Positions 23,734 through 32,965 of a stretch of 35,103 nucleotides of DNA are shown here, piece by piece (positions within the stretch are counted from its first letter, which is position 1; every line of letters starts with the position of its first letter). The notes beneath the pieces were generated by a model that saw nothing but the letters and a program-made list of their open reading frames with translations, had not been told where the DNA came from and did no database searches. The DNA lies in NCBI GenBank assembly GCA_026985785.1, contig JALSPT010000163.1, positions 1 to 35,103 on the forward strand, read 5' to 3'. Position numbers and translations under genes: made by a program. The DNA is from Anaerolineales bacterium. Its GTDB lineage: Bacteria; Chloroflexota; Anaerolineae; Anaerolineales; DRMV01.

Positions 23734-26700
23734 GCACCCTCGCGAGGTCACGAGAGCCCATGCTGGGAACCGAAGTCGTTGCAGTAGGGATTGTGTTGGC
23801 GGTCGTTGGGGCCGGTTTTCTGTTGATGGCCCGAACGCTGGCCGCGCTTGCCAGCATGGGAGGTGGAAAAGAAGCCGCCCTTGCCTTGCCAGCCCAGCCG
23901 CTGCAGGCGCCGGAAGAGGAAAGCGCGGGGGTCATCGTTGTGGCTTCGGGCGGCAGGGTAGTGTACCTCAACCGTGTGGTACGGGAGTGGCTCGATTTGC
24001 TCCCGGAGGATCGGCCTTCTTTGGAGTTCCTGCTACACCGTGTACGCCCCGACGACGAGTTCATGCGATTGTGCAGCCAGCCGGGGGAAGCGCGTCTCAA
24101 TTTGGCCGCCCGGGCGCTGGAAGCCCTCTCGTATGCTGTGCCTTACAAGGGGGAATTGGCAATGGCGATTGTATTGCGCCCGTTGTCTGTGAGCGCCACA
24201 GGGGAGGAAGGGGGGGGCAATTCCCCCGTCGCCGAGATGGTGCGCCGTTTCGTGGTGTTGGGGCAGAAAATTGCCACCCATTTGGATTTCGAAGAAGCCC
24301 TGTTGGCCGTGGCAGAGATGCTGGCGGAGATTTTGCCTTTTGATGTCATGGAAATCACCCTCTGGGACAAGCGCCACGAGCGTCTGGTGCCGTATCGCTA
24401 CGCGATAGAAGAGGGAAAAGTGCTGCGTCATCCGGCGACAGAACGCTATGCTCCCGAAGAGAGTCTGAGTGGTTATGTATTGCGGCAACGGCAACCAGTT
24501 TTGGTTGCGGATTTGGATCATGAAGCGCCGGTGACCGCTGCTATCAATCGCCGCCGCTACCCCATTCGCGCTTACCTGGGCGTCCCGTTGGTGGTAAACG
24601 AAAAGCCCATTGGCACATTGGAAATCGCTTCTTTTACCCCGGGGGCTTATACCGTTGCGGACCAGAACTTCTTTGCTTTGGCGGCAGTCGATATCGCCGT
24701 GGCGGTATATAACGCTCGCCGTTTCAGCGAGACCTCTCGGCAATTGCAGGAACTGCGCAACCTGGCAGAGATGGCGCGGGCAGTGGGAGGCGTCAAAGAG
24801 GCGCGTCAACTTGTGGCGCATATTATGCGCAATATCAGCGCTTTGCTCTCGGCCCAGGTTATGGGATTTCTTTTCTACGACGAAGTACACCATGTGTTGC
24901 AGGCGCAGTGGCCTTTCAAGGGGCTGCCTGAGGGCTTTGTAGAGGCTTATCGAACCCGCATACCGTCGGGAGGGCGCGCGGAGGCTTTGTTGTTGCAGGG
25001 TGAGCCGTTGGTAACGGATGATGCGGTCACCGATGAGCGGTGGCAGGTTTTGGGGCTGGCCGAACTGAGCAAAGTAGCGGGTATTCACCACAGTGTGTTG
25101 TACCCTCTCAACACGGGTCAGCGTTCGTTGGGTTTTCTGCAGGTCGCCAACAAACCGGAAGATGCACCTTTCGATACGGATGACCTGGAAGTGTTGCGTT
25201 TGATTGTGGGGCAGGTGGTGCCCTTGTTGGAAAACGCGGTTTTGTTCGAAGAGGCCCGGCAGCGCGCCCAGCGCGCTGAGGCGCTGCGGCGCATTGCCAG
25301 CCTGGCGGCCTCTGAGGCTACCTTGGAGGAACTGTTCAAGTTCTCGCTGGTGGAGATGGCGCGTTTGGTGGGCGCCCGCTATGGGGCGGTACTGCTGTGG
25401 GAAGAAGAAGGTCTTGTGCCTCATGAGACTTCGGTGTATGGTCTTTCACCGGAGCAGGCGCGCGCCGTTGGTGTCATCCGTGCCGACGCTCCCGATTTCC
25501 TCCTTACCGTCAGCCGCACAGGGCGGCCTTTCTTAAGCCGAGATGTGCAGAATGACCGCCGTGTGGCACGAGCCTACCGTCCGATTTTGAAGACTTTACC
25601 TGATGTGCGGGCGGCGCTGGTTGTGCCCATGCAGGCGCATGGTGAAAAGGTGGGGGAAATTTTGTTGGGGAGCGACCGCCCGGGACAGTTTGACCGGAGC
25701 GACTTGCAATTGATAGCGGCAGCCGCGGCGCAGCTGGCAGTAGGGGTCGAGCGGCAGCGGTTGTTGGCGCAGAGCGACGAAACGTTGCGCTCGCAAGTGC
25801 GGGAGTTGAGCACCCTGACCCGCCTCAGTCGCGAACTGGCCGCTGTGTCTTCCCTTGAAGAACTGCTGCGCTACGCTCATCGCCAGGTTGTCGAGCTCAC
25901 CGCTGCTGACTGTGGGCATACGCTGGTGCTGGAGGCAAGCGAGGAGGGAAAATGGCACGTGTTGCACCAGGCGGGTGGCCCCTGCAGAGCACGCTTGCAT
26001 CCGTTGGATGAGCACGCCCTTGCGCAGGGTGTGCCTGTGGACGTGAGCGATTACCGTACCTCTTCGTACACGGCGCCCCACGAAGGTGTGCGTTCGTCAT
26101 TGGTGTTGCCCTTGTTGTACCAAAACGAAATAGTGGGCGTGTTGCACTTGCATGCCCACCAGCCCAATCATTTCGATTACACCCGCCGCCGCTTTGCGCA
26201 CATGTTGGCGCAACACATCGCGGTAGCCATTGGCCACGCCCGCGAAATGCGACGCCTTTTTGACCACAATAGGGCGTTGCAGCACAAAGCGCGAGGCCTG
26301 CAGCGCTTACAGGATTTTTTGCAAACCCTACACCCCCTGGCCGAAGAAGATGAGATTTTTGAACGCTTTGTGGCCCTGATAAGCGATACGGCGGGTTTTG
26401 ATGCGGTGCTTTTGGCGCGCTACGATGTGGCCAGCGGCAGGTTGAACCCTGTCGCTGTGAGGGGGTTCACCGAAGTCGCTCCGCTGCCATGGGATGCATT
26501 GAACCTTTTGCTGGAAGACCGCTTTGGGCAGGGAGAGGTGTATTTCATCCCGGCAGAAGAACGGCCACCGCTACCGGCGAACTTGCATTTACCTGCGGCG
26601 AACACCAGTTTGCCTGCGGATGTTGACGAAACGACCTGGCGCCCCGAAGACCTTTTGCTGGTGGCATTGCGCATGCCTGAGGGGGAGTTGCTGGGTGTAG

Positions 26701-29700
26701 TGTATCTGGATGCGCCGCGGGAGGGACGCCGCCCCGACGAGGCGACGTTGGAGGTGTTGCGTTTGCTGGGCGCAGAAGGCGCCTGGCTGTTGGAAGTGCG
26801 CCATTTGTTGGAAGGATGGGGGGCAGAACGGCGCTACTTGGAAGATCGTGTCCGCGAGGCTGAAGAGGTCACCCGTCAGGTTCAGCGTGACTTGCCGCGC
26901 TGGCTGCGCAAGGACCTGCAACAGGCCATTGACCGCTACACGTTGGCGCAGCGGGCGGAGCGTTTGCGGGTGAGCCTGGAGGTGACCACGGTGCTCAATC
27001 GCCAGCCCAGCCGTAGCGGAGTGCTCAATGCGTTGGGTAGGCAACTTGTAGAGCGGTTGGGCTTCAATTACGTGCTCATCGCTGAACCAACGCCTTTCCG
27101 GGGCGATGGTGAAGAGGGTGGTGTGCGGCTGTTTCGTGTGTTTGGGGAATTGCCACCCGGTTCCCGCTTGGATATGTTGCTGGGGCAACGTAATCCTTTG
27201 ACCGAGGTGTTGCGAGAGGGGAAAGTGCTCATTGTGCCTGATATCGGTCGCGACCGCTCATGGGAACGCTCTCCCCTCCTCCAACGGCTGCAAGCCCAAA
27301 GTTTTGTGGCGTTCCCCATCGTCGTTGAGCAACAGGGTGAAGGGGGGCGCCCGCGAGGCGCGGTGCACCATCTGGTGTTGGCCACTTCCAGCGCCCCAAT
27401 GGCTTCCTCCTCCCATGCAGATGCCCTGGTCTTCGAACTGCTTGGGCGGCAGGTGGGCATTGTTTTGCAAAACCTGGAATTGCTGGCGAATACCTCTCGC
27501 CGCCTACGGGTAGCCGATTTATTGCTTTCGTTCAGCAGCCAGTTGGGCGTGTTGGATCCCGGAAGAATTCTCAATACTCTGCTGGAGAGCGCCTTGGGCG
27601 TGCTGCAGCAACACGCCCATGCCGGCTTTGTGGCTTTGTGGGACCCTGAGCAGGAGATGCTCCGTTTGCAGGCCGCGGGGGGCTATGCTGCGCCGGATGA
27701 AATGTTGAAAGTGGCGCTCTCTGCCGATAGTTTGCCCGCCCGGGTGATGTTCGAAGGGCAACCGCGCCGCATTGGCGAACTGGACTTTGCCGCGGCTTAT
27801 CCCCTGGATGCCGAAGGTCTGCTTGCTTATCAGAAGGCTACGGCAGAGCGCATTCCTGTTTCCACCATGATCGTGCCCTTGGGCAGTGGCAAACAAGCGT
27901 TGGGAGTGGTGGTGTTGGACAATTTCAACACCACGGCTGCTTTTACGCGCGAAGACCAGGATTTGATCGTTTCGCTGGCTCGACAAACAGCCCTGAGCCT
28001 GGAAAACGCCCGCCTTTTGCAGACGGCTGAGCGCCGAGCCGCGCAACTCCATGCCCTGGCGGCTGCATCGGCGGATATCGTTGCGCGTAGCCTTTCCCTG
28101 GAAGAAATCGAGTCGTCTCTGCTGGAGCAACTGGCGCAGGTGTTGCCTTACGATGGGGGCACGTTGTGGCTGCGCGAAGGTAAAAACTTGCGAGTGCGCG
28201 ACGCTCGCGGATTTCCCAATGCCGATGAACTGGTAGGCATTACCATCGCGATCGAGGATAGCCGTTTGTTCCAGGATATGTTGGCTGCCCGCCGGGCTTT
28301 GGTCGTTCACGATACCCATGCCGATAACCGGTTCCCTTCGCCGGAGGTGGTGCCCAATCGCTCCTGGCTTGGGGTACCGCTGCGTTTCAAGGACGAAGTG
28401 TTGGGCGTGATTGCGCTGGAAAAGAAAGAGCCGCACTTCTTCACGCGCGATTGGGTGGAAACGGCAGAAACGTTTGCCAGCCAGGCAGCGGCGGCCTTGG
28501 CCAATGCCCGTCTGTACGAAGAAAGCCTGCATCGTTCGGAAGAACTCGACCGGCGCAGTCGGCGGTTGGCTTTGGTTTACGAGGTGACAGCCGAACTTTC
28601 GTCCTCGCTTGACCCTCACTACATCGCTACTTATACTGCCCGGCGGCTGCACGAGGCGTTGGGAGCCGTGCCGGTCTCGCTGGTTTTGTGGCAAGAAGAG
28701 CAGCCCATCCTGGTGGCAGAAGCGCCGTCTGTATCGGAGACGGGGGGACTGCCGCGTGTTCTGCCTGCAGCGCCCTTGTTTGCCCATTTGAAGGAAACGC
28801 TGGGCATCTTTCGCACGGAGGACTATGCCGAAGAGCCGTTGATGGCGCCTTTGCTCGATTTCCTGGCCGCGCGGGAGGGGCATGAGGTGGTGGCCGTGCC
28901 CTTGACGGCGGGCGAAACTTTCTTTGGCGTGGTGTTTCTCCATGTGCCTGCAGGGCGCGATGTGGGTAGTGAGGAGATCGACCTGGCTCAAACGGTAGCA
29001 AAGCAGGCGGCGGTAGCGTTACAAAATGCCCATTTGTATGAAACCACGCGCCGTTTCAGCGAAGAACTGGAAGCGCGGGTCAATGCTCGAACCCGGGAAT
29101 TGCAGCGGGAGCATCATCGTGCTCAAACGCTGTTGCGCATTATGGGCGAACTTTCTGCCAGCCTGGATCTCGACCAGGTGCTCAACCGCACGCTTGACCT
29201 GCTCAACGAGGCTCTCAGCGCCGAGCAGAGCAGTATCTTGCTGGCGCGCTCCGGTGAAAGCACGCTGTTTTTCCGGGCAGGCCGGGGCTATACCGAGCAG
29301 CCGCCGGTGGGAGGACGCCCCACCGATATTTCGGCCAAAGATTCGCTGGCAGGCTGGGTCATCCAGAACAATCAGCCGGTTTTGATCGCCGATCTGAGGC
29401 AGGATCCCCGCTGGAGCGAAAAGCCGCACGGTTTACCCACGGCGCACCGTAGCGTGCTCGGCGTGCCGTTGGTGGTGGCGCAGGAAACGTTAGGCGCTTT
29501 GTTGCTCTTTCACCCGGAGCCTCATCATTTTACGGACTATCACCTTGACCTCGCCGAGGCGACGGCCAAGCAGGTGGCGGTCGCCATCAACAACGCCGAA
29601 CTCTTCCGCCTGATTCGGGAGCAGGCGGAGCGGTTGGGTAAATTGCTCCGCCAGCAGGAAGTCGAGGCCAGCCGGGCACGAGCGATCCTCGATGCTATTG

Positions 29701-30773
29701 CCGACGGCGTGTTGGTGACCGACGCCAAGGGCAAGATCACGCTGTTCAACCCTTCGGCAGAGCGTTTGCTGGGCTTGTCTGCCGATCAGGTGGTCGGCCA
29801 GCCTTTGGAGCACTTTGTGGGCTTTTTCGGCTCGGCGGGTCGGCAATGGATGGAAACCATCCACACCTGGTCGGAGGAGGTGGAGGCCGAAGGGAACGAG
29901 CCGACGACGTATGCCGAACAACTGGAATTGGATGATGGGCGGGTCGTGTCGGTACACCTGGCGCCGGTGTTCTTCCGCCGCGAGTTTCTGGGGACGGTTT
30001 CAGTTTTTCGGGATATTACGCACCAGATTGAGGTTGACCGGTTGAAATCCGAATTCGTGGCCACCGTATCCCATGAGTTGCGGACGCCGATGACGGCCAT
30101 CAAAGGCTATGTGGATATCCTCTTGATGGGCGCGGCTGGGCCTCTCACCGACCAACAGCGCCGGTTTTTGAAGACCGTGCAGAGCAACACCGAGCGCCTC
30201 AATTTGCTGGTGGGTGACTTGTTGGATATCTCCCGCATCGAGGCCGGGCGTATCGCGCTTGTGATGGAGGCGCTGAACCTGAAAGAATTGCTCGAGGACG
30301 TGGTGAACGAGCAACGCCGTTTGGCCGAGGAAGCCGGGCGGGAGATCGTGGTGGAGGTGGCCGTGCCTGAGGATCTGCCGTTGGTGCGCGGCGACCATGA
30401 GCGGGTACGCCAAATTGTGGAGAATCTGATCGAGAACGCCTATCGTTACACGCCCGACGGGGGGCGGGTGCGTGTGACAGCGATGACAAAGGATGGTGAA
30501 GTGCAGGTTGATGTGTCCGATACCGGGATCGGCATTTCCCCCGAGGAGCAGCAACGGGTGTTCGAGCGGTTTTATCGGGGTGAAAATCCCCTCGTGATGG
30601 CTTCGGCAGGCACCGGTTTGGGGTTGGCGATTGTCAAAACGCTGGTCGAGATGCACGGTGGGCGCATCTGGGTCGAAAGCAGCGGCGTGCCGGGCGAAGG
30701 GAGCACGTTCTCCTTCACGCTGCCGGTCTATACCGAGGAAGACGAGCAACATTCAGCAGCAGGAGAGGCTTGA
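23730..30773 (+). CDS. giant sensor histidine kinase: TM, PAS-like, about ten GAF modules, PAS, HisKA, HATPase_c
   Basis: 2347 aa. The GAF C-terminal helix motif recurs ten times (for example AVALQNAHLYET, AAALANARLYEE, ALSLENARLLQT). The H-box is SHELRTPMTAIKGY (His codon at 30072-30074). The N and G boxes are ENLIENAYRYTP, DTGIGI and GTGLGLAIV. The start is TTG at 23730 or ATG at 23760. Confidence 0.9.
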   Translation: MSTLARSREPMLGTEVVAVGIVLAVVGAGFLLMARTLAALASMGGGKEAALALPAQPLQAPEEESAGVIVVASGGRVVYLNRVVREWLDLLPEDRPSLEFLLHRVRPDDEFMRLCSQPGEARLNLAARALEALSYAVPYKGELAMAIVLRPLSVSATGEEGGGNSPVAEMVRRFVVLGQKIATHLDFEEALLAVAEMLAEILPFDVMEITLWDKRHERLVPYRYAIEEGKVLRHPATERYAPEESLSGYVLRQRQPVLVADLDHEAPVTAAINRRRYPIRAYLGVPLVVNEKPIGTLEIASFTPGAYTVADQNFFALAAVDIAVAVYNARRFSETSRQLQELRNLAEMARAVGGVKEARQLVAHIMRNISALLSAQVMGFLFYDEVHHVLQAQWPFKGLPEGFVEAYRTRIPSGGRAEALLLQGEPLVTDDAVTDERWQVLGLAELSKVAGIHHSVLYPLNTGQRSLGFLQVANKPEDAPFDTDDLEVLRLIVGQVVPLLENAVLFEEARQRAQRAEALRRIASLAASEATLEELFKFSLVEMARLVGARYGAVLLWEEEGLVPHETSVYGLSPEQARAVGVIRADAPDFLLTVSRTGRPFLSRDVQNDRRVARAYRPILKTLPDVRAALVVPMQAHGEKVGEILLGSDRPGQFDRSDLQLIAAAAAQLAVGVERQRLLAQSDETLRSQVRELSTLTRLSRELAAVSSLEELLRYAHRQVVELTAADCGHTLVLEASEEGKWHVLHQAGGPCRARLHPLDEHALAQGVPVDVSDYRTSSYTAPHEGVRSSLVLPLLYQNEIVGVLHLHAHQPNHFDYTRRRFAHMLAQHIAVAIGHAREMRRLFDHNRALQHKARGLQRLQDFLQTLHPLAEEDEIFERFVALISDTAGFDAVLLARYDVASGRLNPVAVRGFTEVAPLPWDALNLLLEDRFGQGEVYFIPAEERPPLPANLHLPAANTSLPADVDETTWRPEDLLLVALRMPEGELLGVVYLDAPREGRRPDEATLEVLRLLGAEGAWLLEVRHLLEGWGAERRYLEDRVREAEEVTRQVQRDLPRWLRKDLQQAIDRYTLAQRAERLRVSLEVTTVLNRQPSRSGVLNALGRQLVERLGFNYVLIAEPTPFRGDGEEGGVRLFRVFGELPPGSRLDMLLGQRNPLTEVLREGKVLIVPDIGRDRSWERSPLLQRLQAQSFVAFPIVVEQQGEGGRPRGAVHHLVLATSSAPMASSSHADALVFELLGRQVGIVLQNLELLANTSRRLRVADLLLSFSSQLGVLDPGRILNTLLESALGVLQQHAHAGFVALWDPEQEMLRLQAAGGYAAPDEMLKVALSADSLPARVMFEGQPRRIGELDFAAAYPLDAEGLLAYQKATAERIPVSTMIVPLGSGKQALGVVVLDNFNTTAAFTREDQDLIVSLARQTALSLENARLLQTAERRAAQLHALAAASADIVARSLSLEEIESSLLEQLAQVLPYDGGTLWLREGKNLRVRDARGFPNADELVGITIAIEDSRLFQDMLAARRALVVHDTHADNRFPSPEVVPNRSWLGVPLRFKDEVLGVIALEKKEPHFFTRDWVETAETFASQAAAALANARLYEESLHRSEELDRRSRRLALVYEVTAELSSSLDPHYIATYTARRLHEALGAVPVSLVLWQEEQPILVAEAPSVSETGGLPRVLPAAPLFAHLKETLGIFRTEDYAEEPLMAPLLDFLAAREGHEVVAVPLTAGETFFGVVFLHVPAGRDVGSEEIDLAQTVAKQAAVALQNAHLYETTRRFSEELEARVNARTRELQREHHRAQTLLRIMGELSASLDLDQVLNRTLDLLNEALSAEQSSILLARSGESTLFFRAGRGYTEQPPVGGRPTDISAKDSLAGWVIQNNQPVLIADLRQDPRWSEKPHGLPTAHRSVLGVPLVVAQETLGALLLFHPEPHHFTDYHLDLAEATAKQVAVAINNAELFRLIREQAERLGKLLRQQEVEASRARAILDAIADGVLVTDAKGKITLFNPSAERLLGLSADQVVGQPLEHFVGFFGSAGRQWMETIHTWSEEVEAEGNEPTTYAEQLELDDGRVVSVHLAPVFFRREFLGTVSVFRDITHQIEVDRLKSEFVATVSHELRTPMTAIKGYVDILLMGAAGPLTDQQRRFLKTVQSNTERLNLLVGDLLDISRIEAGRIALVMEALNLKELLEDVVNEQRRLAEEAGREIVVEVAVPEDLPLVRGDHERVRQIVENLIENAYRYTPDGGRVRVTAMTKDGEVQVDVSDTGIGISPEEQQRVFERFYRGENPLVMASAGTGLGLAIVKTLVEMHGGRIWVESSGVPGEGSTFSFTLPVYTEEDEQHSAAGEA

Positions 30774-30774
30774 G

Positions 30775-31149
30775 ATGGCGAAGATTGTGATTGCGGAAGA
30801 TGAACCCGATATTCGTGATTTGATCACTTTTACCCTTCAGTTTGCAGGCCACGAGGTCATCCCCACGGCCAACGGTGCCGAAGCGGTGGAGGCCGTGCGT
30901 CGCGAGATGCCGGATATCGTGTTGATGGATGTGCGGATGCCTCGTTTGACCGGTTACGAGGCCTGCCGTCAGATCAAGGCCGATGAGGCAACCAAAAACA
31001 TCCCGGTCGTTTTCCTCTCGGCCAAAGGACAGGAAACGGAAGTGAAAGAGGGCTTGGAGGCCGGAGCTATCGATTACATCCTCAAGCCTTTTGCCCCCGA
31101 CCAGTTGACGGCCCGGGTGGCCGAGATCTTGGCGCAGACCAGACGGTAG
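30775..31149 (+). CDS. single-domain CheY-like response regulator
   Basis: ATG 1 nt after the kinase stop, with AGGAGAGG upstream. It has AEDEPD, VLMDVRMP and ILKPF. Confidence 0.9.
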   Translation: MAKIVIAEDEPDIRDLITFTLQFAGHEVIPTANGAEAVEAVRREMPDIVLMDVRMPRLTGYEACRQIKADEATKNIPVVFLSAKGQETEVKEGLEAGAIDYILKPFAPDQLTARVAEILAQTRR

Positions 31150-31197
31150 CATGAAAAAAGCGGCGCTGCTCACCGCGGCGCGGGCGAGGACAACCCG

Positions 31198-31986
31198 ATG
31201 AGTGCCATTATTATTCGTGACCATATTGTGCATTATGAAGTGCTGGGGCGTGGTCGCCCGGTGCTTTTCCTGCACGGTTGGGTGGGGTCGTGGCGCTATT
31301 GGGTGCCCGCCATGCAAAGCGCTTCGCAGCGTTATCGCGCCTATGCTTTGGATTTGTGGGGGTTTGGTGATAGCGATAAGCACCCTGACAACTACTCGTT
31401 GGAGGCCCAGGTTCACCTTTTGGCGGCGTTTTTGGAAGAAATGGGGATCGGCAAGGTCGCCATTGTGGGGCATGGCTTGGGGGCGGTGGTGGCGCTCTTG
31501 TTCAGCCTGCAATACCCACTGGTGGTCGACCGGCTGGCGGCGGTGGCGATGCCCAGCACGGTGGACGCCATTCACCCTCGCTTGAGTACCGACTCGCCGG
31601 AGAAACTGGCTGCCTGGCTGTTGACGCCGACCCTTTCGACCGAAACAGCCCGTAAGGAAGCCCCCAAGACCGATCCGCAGGCGATTACCATCTCTCTGCG
31701 CGAGTTGCGGGGGATGAATTTGCTCGCTGAGGTGGTCAAGATGGAAGCCCCCTGTTTGCTCATCCACGGACAGAACGACCCCTTGATCCACTTACCCACT
31801 GAAGCCACCCTGGCGCGCTTGCCCGACAACATGCACCAAATCATTTTCGAAGGCTCCGGCCATTTTCCCATGCTGGATGAGCCCAGCAAGTTCAATCGCT
31901 TGATCTACGATTTCCTGTTACTCGATTCGGGGGAGAGCCCCAAAGTGCTCCAGTTGAAGGAAGAATGGAAACGGCGCGTGCGCTGA
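31198..31986 (+). CDS. alpha/beta-hydrolase-fold protein lacking the nucleophile serine (paralog of 19075-19902)
   Basis: The first 100 residues align without gaps to the other hydrolase (HYEVLGRGRPVLFLHGWVGSW). At residues 91-96 GHGLGA replaces GHSMGG. The Asp (GQND) and His (GHF) positions are kept. Confidence 0.8.
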   Translation: MSAIIIRDHIVHYEVLGRGRPVLFLHGWVGSWRYWVPAMQSASQRYRAYALDLWGFGDSDKHPDNYSLEAQVHLLAAFLEEMGIGKVAIVGHGLGAVVALLFSLQYPLVVDRLAAVAMPSTVDAIHPRLSTDSPEKLAAWLLTPTLSTETARKEAPKTDPQAITISLRELRGMNLLAEVVKMEAPCLLIHGQNDPLIHLPTEATLARLPDNMHQIIFEGSGHFPMLDEPSKFNRLIYDFLLLDSGESPKVLQLKEEWKRRVR

Positions 31987-32927
31987 AGCGAAACCGATCC
32001 CCCCTACGGCGGAGGCGCATTTTCCTTTGGGGGTTCCTGCCGTTGGTGGGGATGTTGCTTTTCGGGGGTTGTGCTTCCCCGCTTGCACCGGCGTTGCCGC
32101 CCACGCCCACGCCGTGGGTACCGCCGACAGTGGCGTGGACGCCTACACCTGCTCCCACCGCGCTTCCCTCCCCTACGGCGACGCCCTCGCCCACGGCCAC
32201 GCCCACCCCTTTGGCCTGCTGGCAGCGGGGGGGGCGGCTGGTCTTCCATCGGTTAACCTCTCGCTACCTTGCTTACGCTATGCCGGTGGTGGTGTACCTG
32301 CCGCCGTGTTACGACCAGCAACCTGAGCGCCGTTACCCGGTGTTGTACCTGATTCACGGGCAGAACTTCGACGAGCGCCAGTGGGTGCGGTTGGGGGCTA
32401 CGGCGGTCGCCGATCGCCTGGCTGCTTCGGGGGCGGCACCGCCGTTCGTGATCGTGATGCCCGGCGAGCGCACGTGGGAGCAACCCGCCGAGACGGGATG
32501 GGATGAGGCGTTTCTGCAAGTGCTGATGCCGTGGGTAGAAGCGACGTTTCGGGTGCGCAACGAGCGTCGTTACCGAGCGATCGGTGGGCTCTCGCGCGGG
32601 GCGTCCTGGGCAATTCATTTAGGGCTTTCGCACTGGCAGTTGTTCGGCAGCGTGGGAGGGCACAGCCCGCCGGTGTTTTGGGAGGACGTTCCCCACATTC
32701 GCCGCTGGTTGGCGGCGATTCCCGCGGGGCAGTGGCCGCGTATTTATTTGGATATCGGCGATGCCGATCAGCAGCAGATTTTGGCGTCGGCGCGCTGGTT
32801 CGAGGGGGTGCTCACCGCGGGAGCGTATCCGCATGAATGGCATTTCAACGTCGGACGCCACGATGAGGATTACTGGCGCGCCCATGTCGAGGAGTACATC
32901 CGTTGGTACGCTGCGGGGTGGAAATAG
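31965..32927 (+). CDS. putative esterase-family lipoprotein with a Pro/Thr-rich linker
   Basis: Signal peptide with lipobox LLFGGC, and a PTPTPWVPP...TPSPTATPTP linker. It has VLYLIHGQN and GGLSRGA (GxSxG). Confidence 0.7.
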   Translation: METARALKRNRSPLRRRRIFLWGFLPLVGMLLFGGCASPLAPALPPTPTPWVPPTVAWTPTPAPTALPSPTATPSPTATPTPLACWQRGGRLVFHRLTSRYLAYAMPVVVYLPPCYDQQPERRYPVLYLIHGQNFDERQWVRLGATAVADRLAASGAAPPFVIVMPGERTWEQPAETGWDEAFLQVLMPWVEATFRVRNERRYRAIGGLSRGASWAIHLGLSHWQLFGSVGGHSPPVFWEDVPHIRRWLAAIPAGQWPRIYLDIGDADQQQILASARWFEGVLTAGAYPHEWHFNVGRHDEDYWRAHVEEYIRWYAAGWK

Positions 32928-32965
32928 GGGCGATGGGGGCAGCGAGCGGCTGGTTTTAGATCTGC

